The notes: generated from the letters alone by a model not told the origin. DNA of 64,000 bases from Candidatus Omnitrophota bacterium (GCA_022711395.1 JAKLFA010000002.1:259864-323863), one strand, 5' to 3'. Positions 49,038 through 59,750 are shown, counted from the first letter of the stretch. Program-made: numbers and translations.

Positions 49038-50386
49038 TTTTGCTGCCTTGCTTTCATGCGTTGGAGAACACTGGCCTTGCCGTAACGGATATAATCCAAT
49101 AAGGGCCTGTTGGACGGACAGGTGAAACTGCAGCAGCCGCATTCACAGCAGTTGGTGATCTTTTCCAGTTCCGCCTCATCCAGACGCCCCTGCTCAACCA
49201 ACGTCATTAATAAATACGGTTCCATCCCCAGTGGGCAGACCGAAACACATTTCGCGCAACGGATGCACACCTGTTTTTGTTTGCGTTTGGCTTCATTCTC
49301 GGGAATGATGACGATCCCGCCCGCCCCCTTCGTGATGGGAATGGAAATATCCGGAATGGCCTTGCCCATCATCACGCTGCCGCGGATCACTTTGGCCGTG
49401 TCTTCCGGTAAACCTCCCGCCGCGTCAATAAGTGCGCGGATCGGAGTCCCGATGCGGACCCGGAAATTAGAAGGGTCTTTTACGGAATCTCCGGTAACGG
49501 TCACAACGCGATCGATCAGAGGTTTGTTTTTTTGAACGGCCTCATAGATCGAAAAACAGGTGGCGACATTAAAGACCACACAACCCACATCAATCGGCAA
49601 TCCGCGCGGGGGCGGAGGAATTTCACGGTTGGTCAATGCCTTAACCAGTTGACGCTCACCGCCCTGCGGGTACCAGACCTTAAGTGCGACGATCTCGATC
49701 TCGGGATACGGATTCGAGAATTTTTTGAGTTGTTCGATCGCGTCCGGTGTGTTAGCCTCAACGCCGACCAGAGCTTTTTTAAGCCCCAGGGCTTTTAACG
49801 CGATCCGGATGCCAACAATGATCTCTTCGGCCTTTTCCAGCATCAATCGGTGGTCGGAGGTCAAATACGGCTCGCATTCCACTCCGTTTATGATCAGAAA
49901 CTCGGCGCTCTTTCCAGGAGGGATCGATAGCTTGATATCCGCCGGAAAGGTCGCCCCTCCCAGGCCCACGATGCCGGCTGCCGTGACCTTGGCACGGATC
50001 TCATCCGGTGTCGCGGTGATGTCCATATTTAGTTCAGGGCTGCGGTCGATCCCGTCAAGCCATTCATCCCCCGAAACTTCGATCTCAAAAGAAGGTTTTT
50101 TCCACCCTTCCGGATCAGGAAGCTCGACCATTTTTTTAACCGTTCCGGACACCGATGAATGCACGTTGGCAGAAATAAATCCCTGGCGCTGGGCGATGAG
50201 CTGCCCAACGAGCACTTTATCGCCGGGCTGAACAACCGGAACGGCCGGCGCGCCGATATGCTGGGAGCAGGGAATATAAACGGTTGCAGGAAGCGGCAGA
50301 TCAACGATCTGCTTATGGTCCGAAAATTTTTTATCTTCCGGATGGATGCCTCCCTGCGGGAATGTTTTTACTTTTTTACCGAACAT
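49034..50386 (-). CDS. rnfC: Rnf complex subunit C (NADH-binding, 2x[4Fe-4S])
   Basis: GxGGAxFP NADH-binding region plus CIRCAKCVSVCP and CCECGCCSFTCP cluster motifs. Confidence 0.9.
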   Translation of the reverse strand: MFGKKVKTFPQGGIHPEDKKFSDHKQIVDLPLPATVYIPCSQHIGAPAVPVVQPGDKVLVGQLIAQRQGFISANVHSSVSGTVKKMVELPDPEGWKKPSFEIEVSGDEWLDGIDRSPELNMDITATPDEIRAKVTAAGIVGLGGATFPADIKLSIPPGKSAEFLIINGVECEPYLTSDHRLMLEKAEEIIVGIRIALKALGLKKALVGVEANTPDAIEQLKKFSNPYPEIEIVALKVWYPQGGERQLVKALTNREIPPPPRGLPIDVGCVVFNVATCFSIYEAVQKNKPLIDRVVTVTGDSVKDPSNFRVRIGTPIRALIDAAGGLPEDTAKVIRGSVMMGKAIPDISIPITKGAGGIVIIPENEAKRKQKQVCIRCAKCVSVCPLGMEPYLLMTLVEQGRLDEAELEKITNCCECGCCSFTCPSNRPLLDYIRYGKASVLQRMKARQQK

Positions 50387-50398
50387 AATCGCTCACCT

Positions 50399-51256
50399 TT
50401 AAGCCGCGGTCCCCGCGGATTCTTCAGCTGGCTTACGGGGTGGAAAATTTGTTTCATGGATGGCCTTCGTGGGGCACACTGGAACGCATTTTCGACAAAG
50501 CCGGCATTTATTAAAATCGATATACGCCAAATTATTCTCCATCGTGATCGCGTCAAAAGGACATTCCTTCACGCACTTGCCGCAGCCGATGCAGGCGACC
50601 TTGCAGGCCTTTATCGCGACAGCCCCCTTGTCTTTATTGATGCAGGACACGAACACCCGGCGGCCTTTGGGCCCTTTTTTGCGAAGCTCAATAATGAATT
50701 TAGGACAGGCCGTCACGCATTTACCGCAGGCCGTGCATTTTTCCTCGACAACGACCGGAAGCCCGGTGGCTTCATCCATATGGATCGCGTCAAACGCGCA
50801 AACGCGCACGCAATCCGCAAGCCCTAAGCAGCCATATGAACAGGCCGTATCACCACTGTAGGTTGATGCGGCGATCGCGCATGTTCCCACCCCATCATAG
50901 ACGGATGTTCTCGGACGAACACCGAATGATCCGCTGCAGCGGACAACTGCGATCATCGGGTCTTTTTCGGCGACCGTTTTTCCAAGGATCTTCGCCACCT
51001 CGGCCATGCAGGCGTTCCCGCCAGGGCTGCAATACAACCCTTCTAAGGTCTCAGCCTTCACGCAGGCCTCCGCGAACGCGTGGCAGCCCGGAAAACCGCA
51101 GCCGCCGCAGTTTACGCCCGGCAGGACTTTTTCCACGTTCTCGACCCGTGGGTCTTCGACGATCTTGAATTTTTGGGCCACAAGATACAAAATGACCGCG
51201 GAGATCACACCGATGACCGACAAAACCAGGATTGTATAAATTAAGGTCAGGCTCAT
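50399..51256 (-). CDS. rnfB: Rnf complex subunit B (poly-ferredoxin)
   Basis: N-terminal TM, the CGGCGFPGC motif, then several CxxCxxCxxxCP ferredoxin motifs. Confidence 0.85.
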   Translation of the reverse strand: MSLTLIYTILVLSVIGVISAVILYLVAQKFKIVEDPRVENVEKVLPGVNCGGCGFPGCHAFAEACVKAETLEGLYCSPGGNACMAEVAKILGKTVAEKDPMIAVVRCSGSFGVRPRTSVYDGVGTCAIAASTYSGDTACSYGCLGLADCVRVCAFDAIHMDEATGLPVVVEEKCTACGKCVTACPKFIIELRKKGPKGRRVFVSCINKDKGAVAIKACKVACIGCGKCVKECPFDAITMENNLAYIDFNKCRLCRKCVPVCPTKAIHETNFPPRKPAEESAGTAA

Positions 51257-51675
51257 AGCTCTTGTTTTAAGGTAAATGTAAATTCCCGTTTTAAACGATC
51301 CCGAAACAGGTATAGAACAAAATAATAACCGATCAGGACAACGCCGGCTGCCAGTCCGGCCAAAAGTTCATTTTTCCATATTTCATGGGCAATGACCAAA
51401 GCGCTCACTAAACACACAAACGGCAGTAAATACGCCCAGACAACCGCTTTATAACTCTGGGACTGACGGCTTACGACGGTCACAACATTTCCGACCTGAT
51501 GCGGCCGGCCGTCATGAACGATTTCAATATAGCGGTATCCATCCTCTGCCATGATACAGTTTTCCCGCGCTTGGCAGCTTCCACAGGCCGGAATGACTTC
51601 GACCTGAACTTTGAGAAACCCATCGTTTATTTCAACGATGGTTCCTTGATGTTCAATGAAAGTAGTGTTGGACAT
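51253..51675 (-). CDS. RseC/MucC-family (SoxR-reducing system) protein, first gene of the rnf operon
   Basis: MSNTTFIEHQGTIVEINDGFLKVQVEVIPACGSCQARENC followed by two TM helices. This is the typical RseC layout. Confidence 0.7.
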   Translation of the reverse strand: MSNTTFIEHQGTIVEINDGFLKVQVEVIPACGSCQARENCIMAEDGYRYIEIVHDGRPHQVGNVVTVVSRQSQSYKAVVWAYLLPFVCLVSALVIAHEIWKNELLAGLAAGVVLIGYYFVLYLFRDRLKREFTFTLKQEL

Positions 51676-51826
51676 AAGGTCCCCTGGTAATTGGGGAATG
51701 AATTTTAGTCAATATATCCCTTCCGGATAGGTTTGTCAATACACAAATCGAATATTTCCTTGACTTTAGAACCGATTTTGATATTTTGAAACGGAAGCGT
51801 ATGATGATCATGAACAATCGGAGAGA

Positions 51827-52963
51827 ATGATGATTTTAGGCGCCCTCAAAGAGCAATCCAGCCGTGAAAAGCGCATCCCCCTTTTGCCGGCATCCGTTAA
51901 AAAAATGATCGATCAGGGGATGACGGTTTGTGTTGAAGAAGGTCTGGGAGAATCGTTGTTTATCAACGATCAGGCGTTTCGCGACAGCGGCGCGCAGATC
52001 AAGAGCCGTTCGGAAATCTTGGCTTCAGCGGATATTTTGGTCAGGATCAGTAAACCATCCATAGATGATATCAAGACTCTCAAAAGTGGCACGGTCCATC
52101 TCAGTTATCTGGATCCGTTCAATGATCCGGAAACCTTGAAACAGATGGCTTCCCATGGATTGAGCGCCATCTCGCTTGAAATGATCCCGCGCACAACGCT
52201 GGCACAGAAAATGGACGTTTTAAGTTCACAGGCCTCATTGGCAGGTTATTACGCCGTGGTGTTGGCAGCCAGCCGGATCTCCAAGGCATTTCCGATGATG
52301 ATGACGCCTGCTGGCACCATCCCGCCGGCCCGGGTTTTTGTGGTCGGAGCTGGTGTCGCGGGCTTGCAGGCGATCGCGACCGCTAAGCGTCTTGGCGCTC
52401 GAGTCGAAGCCTTTGACACACGCCCTGCCGTTGAGGAGCAGGTCAGGTCGTTAGGAGCCCGTTTTCTTAAAATTGATCTGGGGGAAACCGGCGAAGCCCA
52501 GGGAGGATACGCCAAACAATTGACTGAAGCGCAGCTCGATAAACAACGCCAGGAAATGGCAAAGGTCTGCGCCCAATCCGATATCGTGATCACTACCGCG
52601 CAGGTGTTCGGAAGGAAAGCTCCGAGGATCATTACCAAAAACATGATCATGGGAATGCGCCCAGGAAGCGTTATTGTGGACATGGCCGTTGAGACCGGCG
52701 GCAATGTGGAGGGTTCTCTTGTTGATCAGGACGTTGAGCTTAATGGGGTCCTTATTCTTGGGTTAAGCAATCTCCCGGGAAAGGTCGCCGCGGATGCCAG
52801 CAGCATGTTCTCAAACAACATTACAAGTTTGATCCTGCACTATTGGGACAAGGCATCAAAGAGCCTGAAGTTCTCCCAGGAAGATGAGATCTTAAAAGGC
52901 TGCCTGCTGGCTTCTCAAGGCAAGATCCTGAACGAAAAATTCCAACATCTACAAAAGGCGTAA
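51827..52963 (+). CDS. pntAA: NAD(P) transhydrogenase subunit alpha, part 1 (dI, NAD(H)-binding)
   Basis: Alanine dehydrogenase/PNT N- and C-domains. GAGVAGLQAIATAKRLGA Rossmann motif. Confidence 0.9.
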   Translation: MMILGALKEQSSREKRIPLLPASVKKMIDQGMTVCVEEGLGESLFINDQAFRDSGAQIKSRSEILASADILVRISKPSIDDIKTLKSGTVHLSYLDPFNDPETLKQMASHGLSAISLEMIPRTTLAQKMDVLSSQASLAGYYAVVLAASRISKAFPMMMTPAGTIPPARVFVVGAGVAGLQAIATAKRLGARVEAFDTRPAVEEQVRSLGARFLKIDLGETGEAQGGYAKQLTEAQLDKQRQEMAKVCAQSDIVITTAQVFGRKAPRIITKNMIMGMRPGSVIVDMAVETGGNVEGSLVDQDVELNGVLILGLSNLPGKVAADASSMFSNNITSLILHYWDKASKSLKFSQEDEILKGCLLASQGKILNEKFQHLQKA

Positions 52964-52966
52964 ATC

Positions 52967-53275
52967 ATGGACCCGATGACGATGATGTTCCTTTTTTTTA
53001 TTCTGGCCTTGTCGATTTTCTTGGGGTTTGAATTGATCTCAAAAGTTCCGGCAACATTGCACACTCCGCTCATGTCCGGCTCCAACGCGATCTCCGGGAT
53101 CACGATCGTAGGGGCGTTGATCGCCGCCGGGACATCGAAAACGGCGCTCGCGACCGTTTTAGGGGTCATTGCGGTCGCCACCGCTATGATCAATGTCGTC
53201 GGTGGCTATCTTGTTACCGACCGGATGCTTGCCATGTTCAAGAAAAAAGATCAAACCCAAGGAGCAAAACAGTGA
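52967..53275 (+). CDS. pntAB: NAD(P) transhydrogenase subunit alpha, part 2 (membrane)
   Basis: 102 aa with 3-4 TM helices, between pntAA and pntB. Confidence 0.8.
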   Translation: MDPMTMMFLFFILALSIFLGFELISKVPATLHTPLMSGSNAISGITIVGALIAAGTSKTALATVLGVIAVATAMINVVGGYLVTDRMLAMFKKKDQTQGAKQ

Positions 53276-54645
53276 ATTCCATATTCTGGATCAACTTCAG
53301 TTATATTATTGCGGCGGTCCTTTTTGCCTTAGGCCTGAAAATGATGGGCGCTCCCGCTTCCGCCCGAAAAGGTAACGCCCTTTCCGCTATCGCCATGTTG
53401 ATCGCCGTGATCGCGACCCTGCTCACCCAGGGGTTGTCTTATCATTGGATCATCCTCGGGGTCGTGATCGGAAGCGTCCTGGGAACGATGGCAGCCCGTA
53501 TGGTCGCGATGACCGCCATGCCGGAAATGGTCGCTCTTTTAAACGGATCCGGCGGCCTGGCCAGCCTCCTGGTGGGATGGATCGCTTATGATATGGAACC
53601 CGGGGCTCCTTTATTCACGACGATCTCTGTTTATCTTTCCGTGCTGATCGGTGGCGTGACATTTACAGGAAGTGTTGTGGCATGGGGAAAATTGAGCGAA
53701 AAGATCAGCAGCAAACCGTTCCTGTATAAAGGCCAAAAGATCGTCAATTCCCTGATCGTGGCGGCGATCCTGCTTTTAGGCCTTCTTTACTGCCTGGATC
53801 CAGTGGCCCAATACAGTGCGTTTCTTATGATTATCCTGCTGTCATTGATCTTAGGGGTCCTGGCCGTTATCCCGATCGGTGGGGCTGATATGCCTGTCGT
53901 TATTTCACTTTTAAACAGTTATTCAGGCCTGGCTGCCTGCGCGGCCGGGTTTGTCATTCAAAATAATATCTTGATCGTAGCAGGGGCCCTCGTTGGAGCC
54001 TCGGGGATCATTTTAACACAGATCATGTGCAAGGCCATGAACCGCTCACTGGCCAATGTCCTTTTCAGCGGTTTTGGTTCCGTCACACAGCAGCAGTCAT
54101 CCGCCGGGGCTCAGGGAGAAGTCCGTTCTCTATCGGTCGAAGACGCGTTCTATCTTTTGGAGGCGGCCCAATCCGTCGTGTTCGTCCCCGGTTACGGGTT
54201 GGCTGTCGCCCAGGCTCAGCATGTGGTTCAGGAACTGGCACAGATCCTTGAGCGCAATGGCGCGGAGGTCCGTTTCGCGATCCACCCGGTCGCCGGCCGC
54301 ATGCCCGGGCACATGAATGTCCTTTTAGCGGAAGCGAATGTCCCCTATGACCAGCTTTTTGAAATGGATGCGATCAACCCGCTCATGGAATCCATTGATG
54401 TGGCGGTGGTTATCGGAGCGAATGACGTTGTCAATCCCGCCGCCCGCAACACCAAGGACTCCCCAATCTACGGTATGCCGATCATCAATGTTGATAAGGC
54501 AAAGACCGTGATCGTGCTCAAACGTTCCATGGCAACAGGTTTCGCGGGGATCCAGAATGAATTGTTCTTTTATGAAAATACCCGGATGCTTTTTGGTGAC
54601 GCCAAAGCTACGATCCAAACCCTGATCGCGGAATTCAAAAATTAA
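53272..54645 (+). CDS. pntB: NAD(P) transhydrogenase subunit beta
   Basis: N-terminal polytopic membrane domain plus the C-terminal dIII NADP(H)-binding domain (..GYGLAVAQAQH..., ..VIGANDVVNPAA..). Confidence 0.9.
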   Translation: MNSIFWINFSYIIAAVLFALGLKMMGAPASARKGNALSAIAMLIAVIATLLTQGLSYHWIILGVVIGSVLGTMAARMVAMTAMPEMVALLNGSGGLASLLVGWIAYDMEPGAPLFTTISVYLSVLIGGVTFTGSVVAWGKLSEKISSKPFLYKGQKIVNSLIVAAILLLGLLYCLDPVAQYSAFLMIILLSLILGVLAVIPIGGADMPVVISLLNSYSGLAACAAGFVIQNNILIVAGALVGASGIILTQIMCKAMNRSLANVLFSGFGSVTQQQSSAGAQGEVRSLSVEDAFYLLEAAQSVVFVPGYGLAVAQAQHVVQELAQILERNGAEVRFAIHPVAGRMPGHMNVLLAEANVPYDQLFEMDAINPLMESIDVAVVIGANDVVNPAARNTKDSPIYGMPIINVDKAKTVIVLKRSMATGFAGIQNELFFYENTRMLFGDAKATIQTLIAEFKN

Positions 54646-54663
54646 ATGATTTTGTAAAATGAA

Positions 54664-54703
54664 AACGCCCCGGCTTTTTGAAAACCGGGGCGTTCGTGTT
54701 TTT
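54664..54703. terminator. Bidirectional rho-independent terminator between pntB (+) and the pilZ operon (-)
   Basis: AACGCCCCGG at 54664-54673 pairs with CCGGGGCGTT at 54685-54694, followed by CGTGTTTTT. The reverse orientation also ends in a U-rich tract. Confidence 0.7.
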
Positions 54704-54713
54704 AAAATGAGCT

Positions 54714-55046
54714 CTAAAGATGCTTCTTCAATTGGACACCGACCAAATACCGTCCTTTTGTCATATCTTCGACCCGGACGATTCTGCCATGGGCGCGGAC
54801 CACATCCAGAACCCCAGACATCACGACCCGCAATTCCAAAATATCCCCGACCAAGAACGGGCGCGATGCAATGAACGCCAGACCATCCACGCTCATATCA
54901 TAGGTATTGGAATTATACCAGGTCGTCTTATCTTCCTCGGCCATTTTTGAACGCTTCACGCGGTATTGAACGCTCAGGATGCGTTCCACGCGAGGATATT
55001 TTCTTCGCTCCGAAACCTGGGTCTTGGCGGTCATCATGGTCATCAT
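54714..55046 (-). CDS. PilZ domain protein (c-di-GMP binding), stand-alone
   Basis: RRKYPR (RxxxR) and DMSVDG (DxSxxG), the canonical PilZ c-di-GMP-binding motifs. The start codon overlaps the fumC stop (ATGA). Confidence 0.8.
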   Translation of the reverse strand: MMTMMTAKTQVSERRKYPRVERILSVQYRVKRSKMAEEDKTTWYNSNTYDMSVDGLAFIASRPFLVGDILELRVVMSGVLDVVRAHGRIVRVEDMTKGRYLVGVQLKKHL

Positions 55047-56452
55047 CCTTGCGGCTTGATCATTTGATCGGGTTTAACGATTTTATCGAATTCTTCAGCT
55101 TTAAGAAGGCCTAATTTGACAGCAGCTTCTTTTAGGGAAAGATTCTTTTCATACGCTTCTTTGGCGATCTTAGCTGATTTGTCATACCCAATATGGTTGT
55201 TCAGCGCCGTTACCAGCATCAGGGACTGCTCTCGGTAATGATCGATCACCGTTTTATTCGCCTCGATCCCGTTCACGCAGCGCTCGGTAAAGCTGGAACA
55301 CCCATCAGCCAGCAGGCGGATCGACTGCAGAACATTATAGATGATCACAGGCTTACAGACATTCAGTTCGAAGTTGCCGCTTGCGCCGGCGACCGCGACC
55401 GTCGTGTCGTTCCCGATCACTTGGGCGCAGATCATGATCAAAGCTTCACATTGGGTGGGATTGACCTTGCCCGGCATGATCGAACTTCCGGGTTCATTGG
55501 AAGGGATGCGGATCTCGCCGATCCCGCAACGCGGCCCGGAAGCGAGCCAGCGGATATCATTGGCGATCTTCATCAAAGAACAGGCCAATGTTTTTAAACA
55601 GCCGCTCAGTTCGACGAGTGCGTCATGCGCGGCGATGGCCTCAAATTTATTTTCCGCGCTAACGAATGGATGACCGGTGATGGCTGCGATCTTGGCGGCC
55701 GCTGTTTCGGCGAACTCAGGATGGGTATTGAGGCCTGTCCCGACCGCGGTCCCTCCGATCGCCAGCTCATAAAGGCGCGGTAAAACACTTTCAACGCGTT
55801 TTAAACCATTCTTCAGCTGTTGAACATAGCCGGAAAATTCCTGTCCCAGCGTGATCGGGGTAGCGTCCATCAAGTGTGTCCGCCCAGTCTTGATGATCCC
55901 TTCAAACTGGCGGCTCTTCTTTTCGAAGATCCCGCAGAGCTTGGTTAAAGACGGGATCAGGGATTTCTGGATCATTTCAACGGACGCGATGTGCATCGCG
56001 GTAGGGAACACATCATTGGACGACTGCCCTTTATTGACATGATCATTGGGGTGAATGGGGCTTTTGCTGCCGATCTGACCGCCAGAAAGTTCGATCGCAC
56101 GGTTGGCGATGACCTCATTGACGTTCATATTCGTCTGTGTCCCGCTTCCGGTTTGCCAGACTCCGAGGGGAAAATGGTCATCCAACTCACCCTTGATGAC
56201 CTCCTCCGCCGCTTTGAGGATGAAATTTGCCTTCTCCGTTTCAAGGGTTTTCAAGCCCTGATTGGCCATGGCCGCGGCCTTTTTGACAATACCTAAAGCT
56301 CGTATCACTTCCTTAGGCATGATCTCGCGGCCGATCTTGAAATTCGCCAAGGCCCGCGCGGTCTGCGCTCCATAATACTTATCCTTTGGGACCTGAACAG
56401 GTCCCAAACTGTCTGCTTCCATACGAAAATCATCAGCCCGAGACATTTTCAA
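55043..56452 (-). CDS. fumC: Class II fumarate hydratase
   Basis: [11 protein letters not shown] signature and [27 protein letters not shown]. The FumC-type FELNV...LQSxRLLADG block favours fumarase over aspartase. Confidence 0.8.
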   Translation of the reverse strand: MKMSRADDFRMEADSLGPVQVPKDKYYGAQTARALANFKIGREIMPKEVIRALGIVKKAAAMANQGLKTLETEKANFILKAAEEVIKGELDDHFPLGVWQTGSGTQTNMNVNEVIANRAIELSGGQIGSKSPIHPNDHVNKGQSSNDVFPTAMHIASVEMIQKSLIPSLTKLCGIFEKKSRQFEGIIKTGRTHLMDATPITLGQEFSGYVQQLKNGLKRVESVLPRLYELAIGGTAVGTGLNTHPEFAETAAAKIAAITGHPFVSAENKFEAIAAHDALVELSGCLKTLACSLMKIANDIRWLASGPRCGIGEIRIPSNEPGSSIMPGKVNPTQCEALIMICAQVIGNDTTVAVAGASGNFELNVCKPVIIYNVLQSIRLLADGCSSFTERCVNGIEANKTVIDHYREQSLMLVTALNNHIGYDKSAKIAKEAYEKNLSLKEAAVKLGLLKAEEFDKIVKPDQMIKPQG

Positions 56453-56471
56453 CAGCTCCTTTTACGATATG

Positions 56472-57938
56472 TTAAAGGCTGCGCACAAATTCTGTGATCA
56501 AACGCACGCCTGCGCCGGTGGCCCCATAATCAAAATACATCCGGTTGATCCCCTTTTCGCAAAACGCTGAACCCGCGATGTCCAAATGGGCCCATGGCGT
56601 TTTTTCATCGATGAATTGCTGTAAAAAGTACGCACCGGTGATCGTTCCGGCCCCTTTGCGGTTGCTGGTGTTGCGCAGGTCAGCGATCGGAGAATCCATG
56701 ATCCCCTTGAGTTCAGGATAGAGCGGCAGCTGCCAGACGCGGTCATCCGTTTTCTGCGCGGCATCTATAAGTTGCTTGGCTAAAGATGGATCGTTTGAAA
56801 GCAGTCCTGAATAATCATATCCCAGCGCGACCACACAAGCGCCGGTCAGGGTGGCCAGGTCAACGATCCGCTTGGGTTTATAATTTTTGTCCACATACGC
56901 CAACGCGTCCGCGAGCACCAGGCGGCCTTCCGCGTCCGTGTTGTCGATCTCAACGCTTTTGCCGGCGTAGCCTGTGATCACGTCTCCCGGCTTATACGCT
57001 TTCGACCCGATCGCGTTCTCCGCGACAGCGCAGACAAAAAGAAGATTCTTTTTCAGCTTCAAAGCGATCACATTCTGAAGTGTTCCGATCACGGCCGCTG
57101 CTCCTGCCATATCGGTGCGCATGGTCTCAATGTGTCCGGTCGTCTTTAAATTCAATCCGCCCGTATCAAAGGTCAGCCCTTTTCCGACGATCGCCGCATC
57201 AATGGTCTTATTTTTTGAACCGTGATAATGGATAAGGATCAGGCGCGGCTCATTGGCGCTGCCTTGATTGACCGCTAAATGCAAATTCAGGCCCTGAGCT
57301 TTGAGCTCTTTTGGACCCAGGATCTCAAGCGTGATCTCGGGTTGCTCCTTTACCACGGTCTTAACGGTCTTTTCAATATAGGTCGATGTCACGAGGTCCG
57401 CGTTGTCATTGACCAGGTCACGGGCCAAATTGACACCCTCTGAAATACGGATCGCGTCGTGATAGGCTTTTTTTTCAGAAGCCACGATCGTGTAATGTTT
57501 TTCAAGAGCGGCAAGGTTGTCCGAATTGGCAGGCTTTTTATACTTTTTCCAGGCGTAGCCTCCGATCATCACTCCTTCGATCATGGCAATGACCGTTTCA
57601 TCATCCTGACGTCCCTGCCCCATGATCAGTTCAACGCTTTTCGCGTGTCTGAGATAAGATGAAATCACGGCTTTGCGGACCGCGCTTCGGATGGCGGTCG
57701 ATGTCAATTCAGCCTCTTTGCCAAGCCCGACAAGAAGGATGATCTGTCGGCCCGAGGAAAGCGGAAAAAGCTCGCATCCTTTGCCACTGAACTGCTTGGA
57801 AGAACTAAAGGCGGTCAATTCGCTTTCCAGTGACGCCCAATGAAAGTCCTTGAAATTTTTAGCCTTCATTAATTCTTCGGTTAAAAAGATCACGGATGCC
57901 TCGGCATCAAAACCGGGGCGGCTGCGAAACTGTATCAT
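56472..57938 (-). CDS. pepA: Leucyl aminopeptidase (M17)
   Basis: NTDAEGRLVLADAL M17 signature plus the VGKGLTFDTGG metal ligand region. Confidence 0.9.
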   Translation of the reverse strand: MIQFRSRPGFDAEASVIFLTEELMKAKNFKDFHWASLESELTAFSSSKQFSGKGCELFPLSSGRQIILLVGLGKEAELTSTAIRSAVRKAVISSYLRHAKSVELIMGQGRQDDETVIAMIEGVMIGGYAWKKYKKPANSDNLAALEKHYTIVASEKKAYHDAIRISEGVNLARDLVNDNADLVTSTYIEKTVKTVVKEQPEITLEILGPKELKAQGLNLHLAVNQGSANEPRLILIHYHGSKNKTIDAAIVGKGLTFDTGGLNLKTTGHIETMRTDMAGAAAVIGTLQNVIALKLKKNLLFVCAVAENAIGSKAYKPGDVITGYAGKSVEIDNTDAEGRLVLADALAYVDKNYKPKRIVDLATLTGACVVALGYDYSGLLSNDPSLAKQLIDAAQKTDDRVWQLPLYPELKGIMDSPIADLRNTSNRKGAGTITGAYFLQQFIDEKTPWAHLDIAGSAFCEKGINRMYFDYGATGAGVRLITEFVRSL

Positions 57939-57968
57939 ATCTCCTCCTAGATCGTAGCGATCTGATCT

Positions 57969-59258
57969 TTATTTGCGTTGGTCGATCGGGACATAATGGC
58001 GCACCATCTCCCCCGTGTAGATCTGGCGGGGGCGTCCGATCTTATCCTTGTTTTCTTTTAACTCGATCCAATGGGCGATCCAGCCCGGCAAACGGCCAAT
58101 GGCGAACATGACCGTGAACATATCCGTCGGGATCCCAATCGCTTTGTAAATGATCCCGCTGTAAAAATCCACATTAGGATAAAGTTTTCGTTCTTGAAAA
58201 TAGGAATCCTTAAGGACCTTCTCCTCAAGCTTGACTGCGATCTCAAGAAGCGGGTCGTGGATCCCTAAAGCGTTAAGAAGATCATCCGCCTTCTTTTTGA
58301 TGAATTTGGCCCGAGGGTCGTAATTTTTGTAAACACGGTGGCCAAAACCCATCAAACGGAAAGGATTTGCGGGATCCTTGGCTTTTTCAATATATTTATC
58401 CGTGTTTCCTCCGTCCGCATGGATCTGCTCCAGCATTTCAAGCACTTTTTGATTCGCTCCTCCATGAAGAGGTCCCCACAAGGCACATATTCCGGCGGAG
58501 ACTGAGGCGAACAGGTTGCTCCAGGAACTCCCCACCATACGGACGGTTGATGTGCTGCAATTCTGCTCATGGTCAGCATGAAGGATCAGCAATGTCTTTA
58601 AGGCTGAAACGACCGCCGGGTCCGGGCTATACTCCTGGGTCGGTGTTGAGAACATCATGTGCAGAAAGTTATTCACATATTCCAGGTCTGCCCGCGCGTA
58701 CATGAAAGGCTCACCGATAGTCTTTTTATAAGTACAGGCCGCGATCGTGCGGATCTTGGCCAGAAGTTCGATCGCGGTGATCTTGATCTCTTCCTGTGTT
58801 GGATTGGGCTTTACCAGTTCAGGGTAATACGCGGAAAGGGCGCAGACCATCGCCGACAGCATAGCCATCGGATGGCCTGTCGACGGATATCCCAGAAAAA
58901 AACTTTTCATTCCCTCATGAAGGTTCGCGTGTTTTGTGAAAAGCCGGGAATATTCGCTTAATTGCGGCTTGGTTGGAAGCTGTCCATTGATCAGAAGATA
59001 CGCCGTTTCCACAAAGGTGGATTTGTCCGCGATCTCTTCGATCGGATAACCCCGGTATCTCAAAATTCCCTGGTCCCCATCCAGATAGGTTATGGAACTC
59101 CGGCAGGACGCGGTATTGGCAAAGCCTTGGTCATAGGACCAGCATCCTGTTTTTTCCTTCAATCCGGAAATATCGATGGATCGATTGCCGTCTGTGCCCT
59201 GAACAATGGGAAATTCATGGGTCTGTCCATCAACGGTGATTTTTGCGTAATCCGGCAT
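57969..59258 (-). CDS. gltA: Citrate synthase
   Basis: MPDYAKITVDGQTHEFPIV..., the GYGHRVYK active-site block and the catalytic His/Asp. 429 aa. Confidence 0.95.
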   Translation of the reverse strand: MPDYAKITVDGQTHEFPIVQGTDGNRSIDISGLKEKTGCWSYDQGFANTASCRSSITYLDGDQGILRYRGYPIEEIADKSTFVETAYLLINGQLPTKPQLSEYSRLFTKHANLHEGMKSFFLGYPSTGHPMAMLSAMVCALSAYYPELVKPNPTQEEIKITAIELLAKIRTIAACTYKKTIGEPFMYARADLEYVNNFLHMMFSTPTQEYSPDPAVVSALKTLLILHADHEQNCSTSTVRMVGSSWSNLFASVSAGICALWGPLHGGANQKVLEMLEQIHADGGNTDKYIEKAKDPANPFRLMGFGHRVYKNYDPRAKFIKKKADDLLNALGIHDPLLEIAVKLEEKVLKDSYFQERKLYPNVDFYSGIIYKAIGIPTDMFTVMFAIGRLPGWIAHWIELKENKDKIGRPRQIYTGEMVRHYVPIDQRK

Positions 59259-59354
59259 TTTGACTCCCTTCTTATATTAGAATGAGGATTTATTATATTA
59301 TAGGAGTTTTACAAATGCAATAAATTAGGCGAAAATAGCGGGTGTTTGAGCTTT

Positions 59355-59741
59355 TTATGGCAGGTATTTTTTCACAGTCTTCAAAAGATAATCCGGATCA
59401 AAGGGCTTTAAAATATAGTTATCACATCCCTTATCAAAGGCTTCCAAAAAACGCCTTTCGTAGGCTGTGATCATCACGACCGGGACTCCCTGACCCAATG
59501 GGATCCCGGAAGTCCGTTCGCTGTCACGGATCCGCCCCAGGATCTCAATACCGCTGATCTCAGGAAGTCCGATATCCAAAAGGATCAGGTCAAAGAACTT
59601 CTTCTCAGCGAGAGCTTCATTATAGACTCGCACGGCCTGGTTTCCCGACGAAGCGATCTGAAGCTCCGCGGCATCCTTCAGGATCTCTTTCAAAAGATCA
59701 CAATTCTGCTGGCTGTCCTCAACGATCAGGATCCTTCCCAT
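59355..59741 (-). CDS. Single-domain response regulator (REC)
   Basis: GRILIVEDSQQN...DLILLDIGLP...K: the D-D-K receiver residues. Confidence 0.85.
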   Translation of the reverse strand: MGRILIVEDSQQNCDLLKEILKDAAELQIASSGNQAVRVYNEALAEKKFFDLILLDIGLPEISGIEILGRIRDSERTSGIPLGQGVPVVMITAYERRFLEAFDKGCDNYILKPFDPDYLLKTVKKYLP

Positions 59742-59750
59742 ATACGGTCC

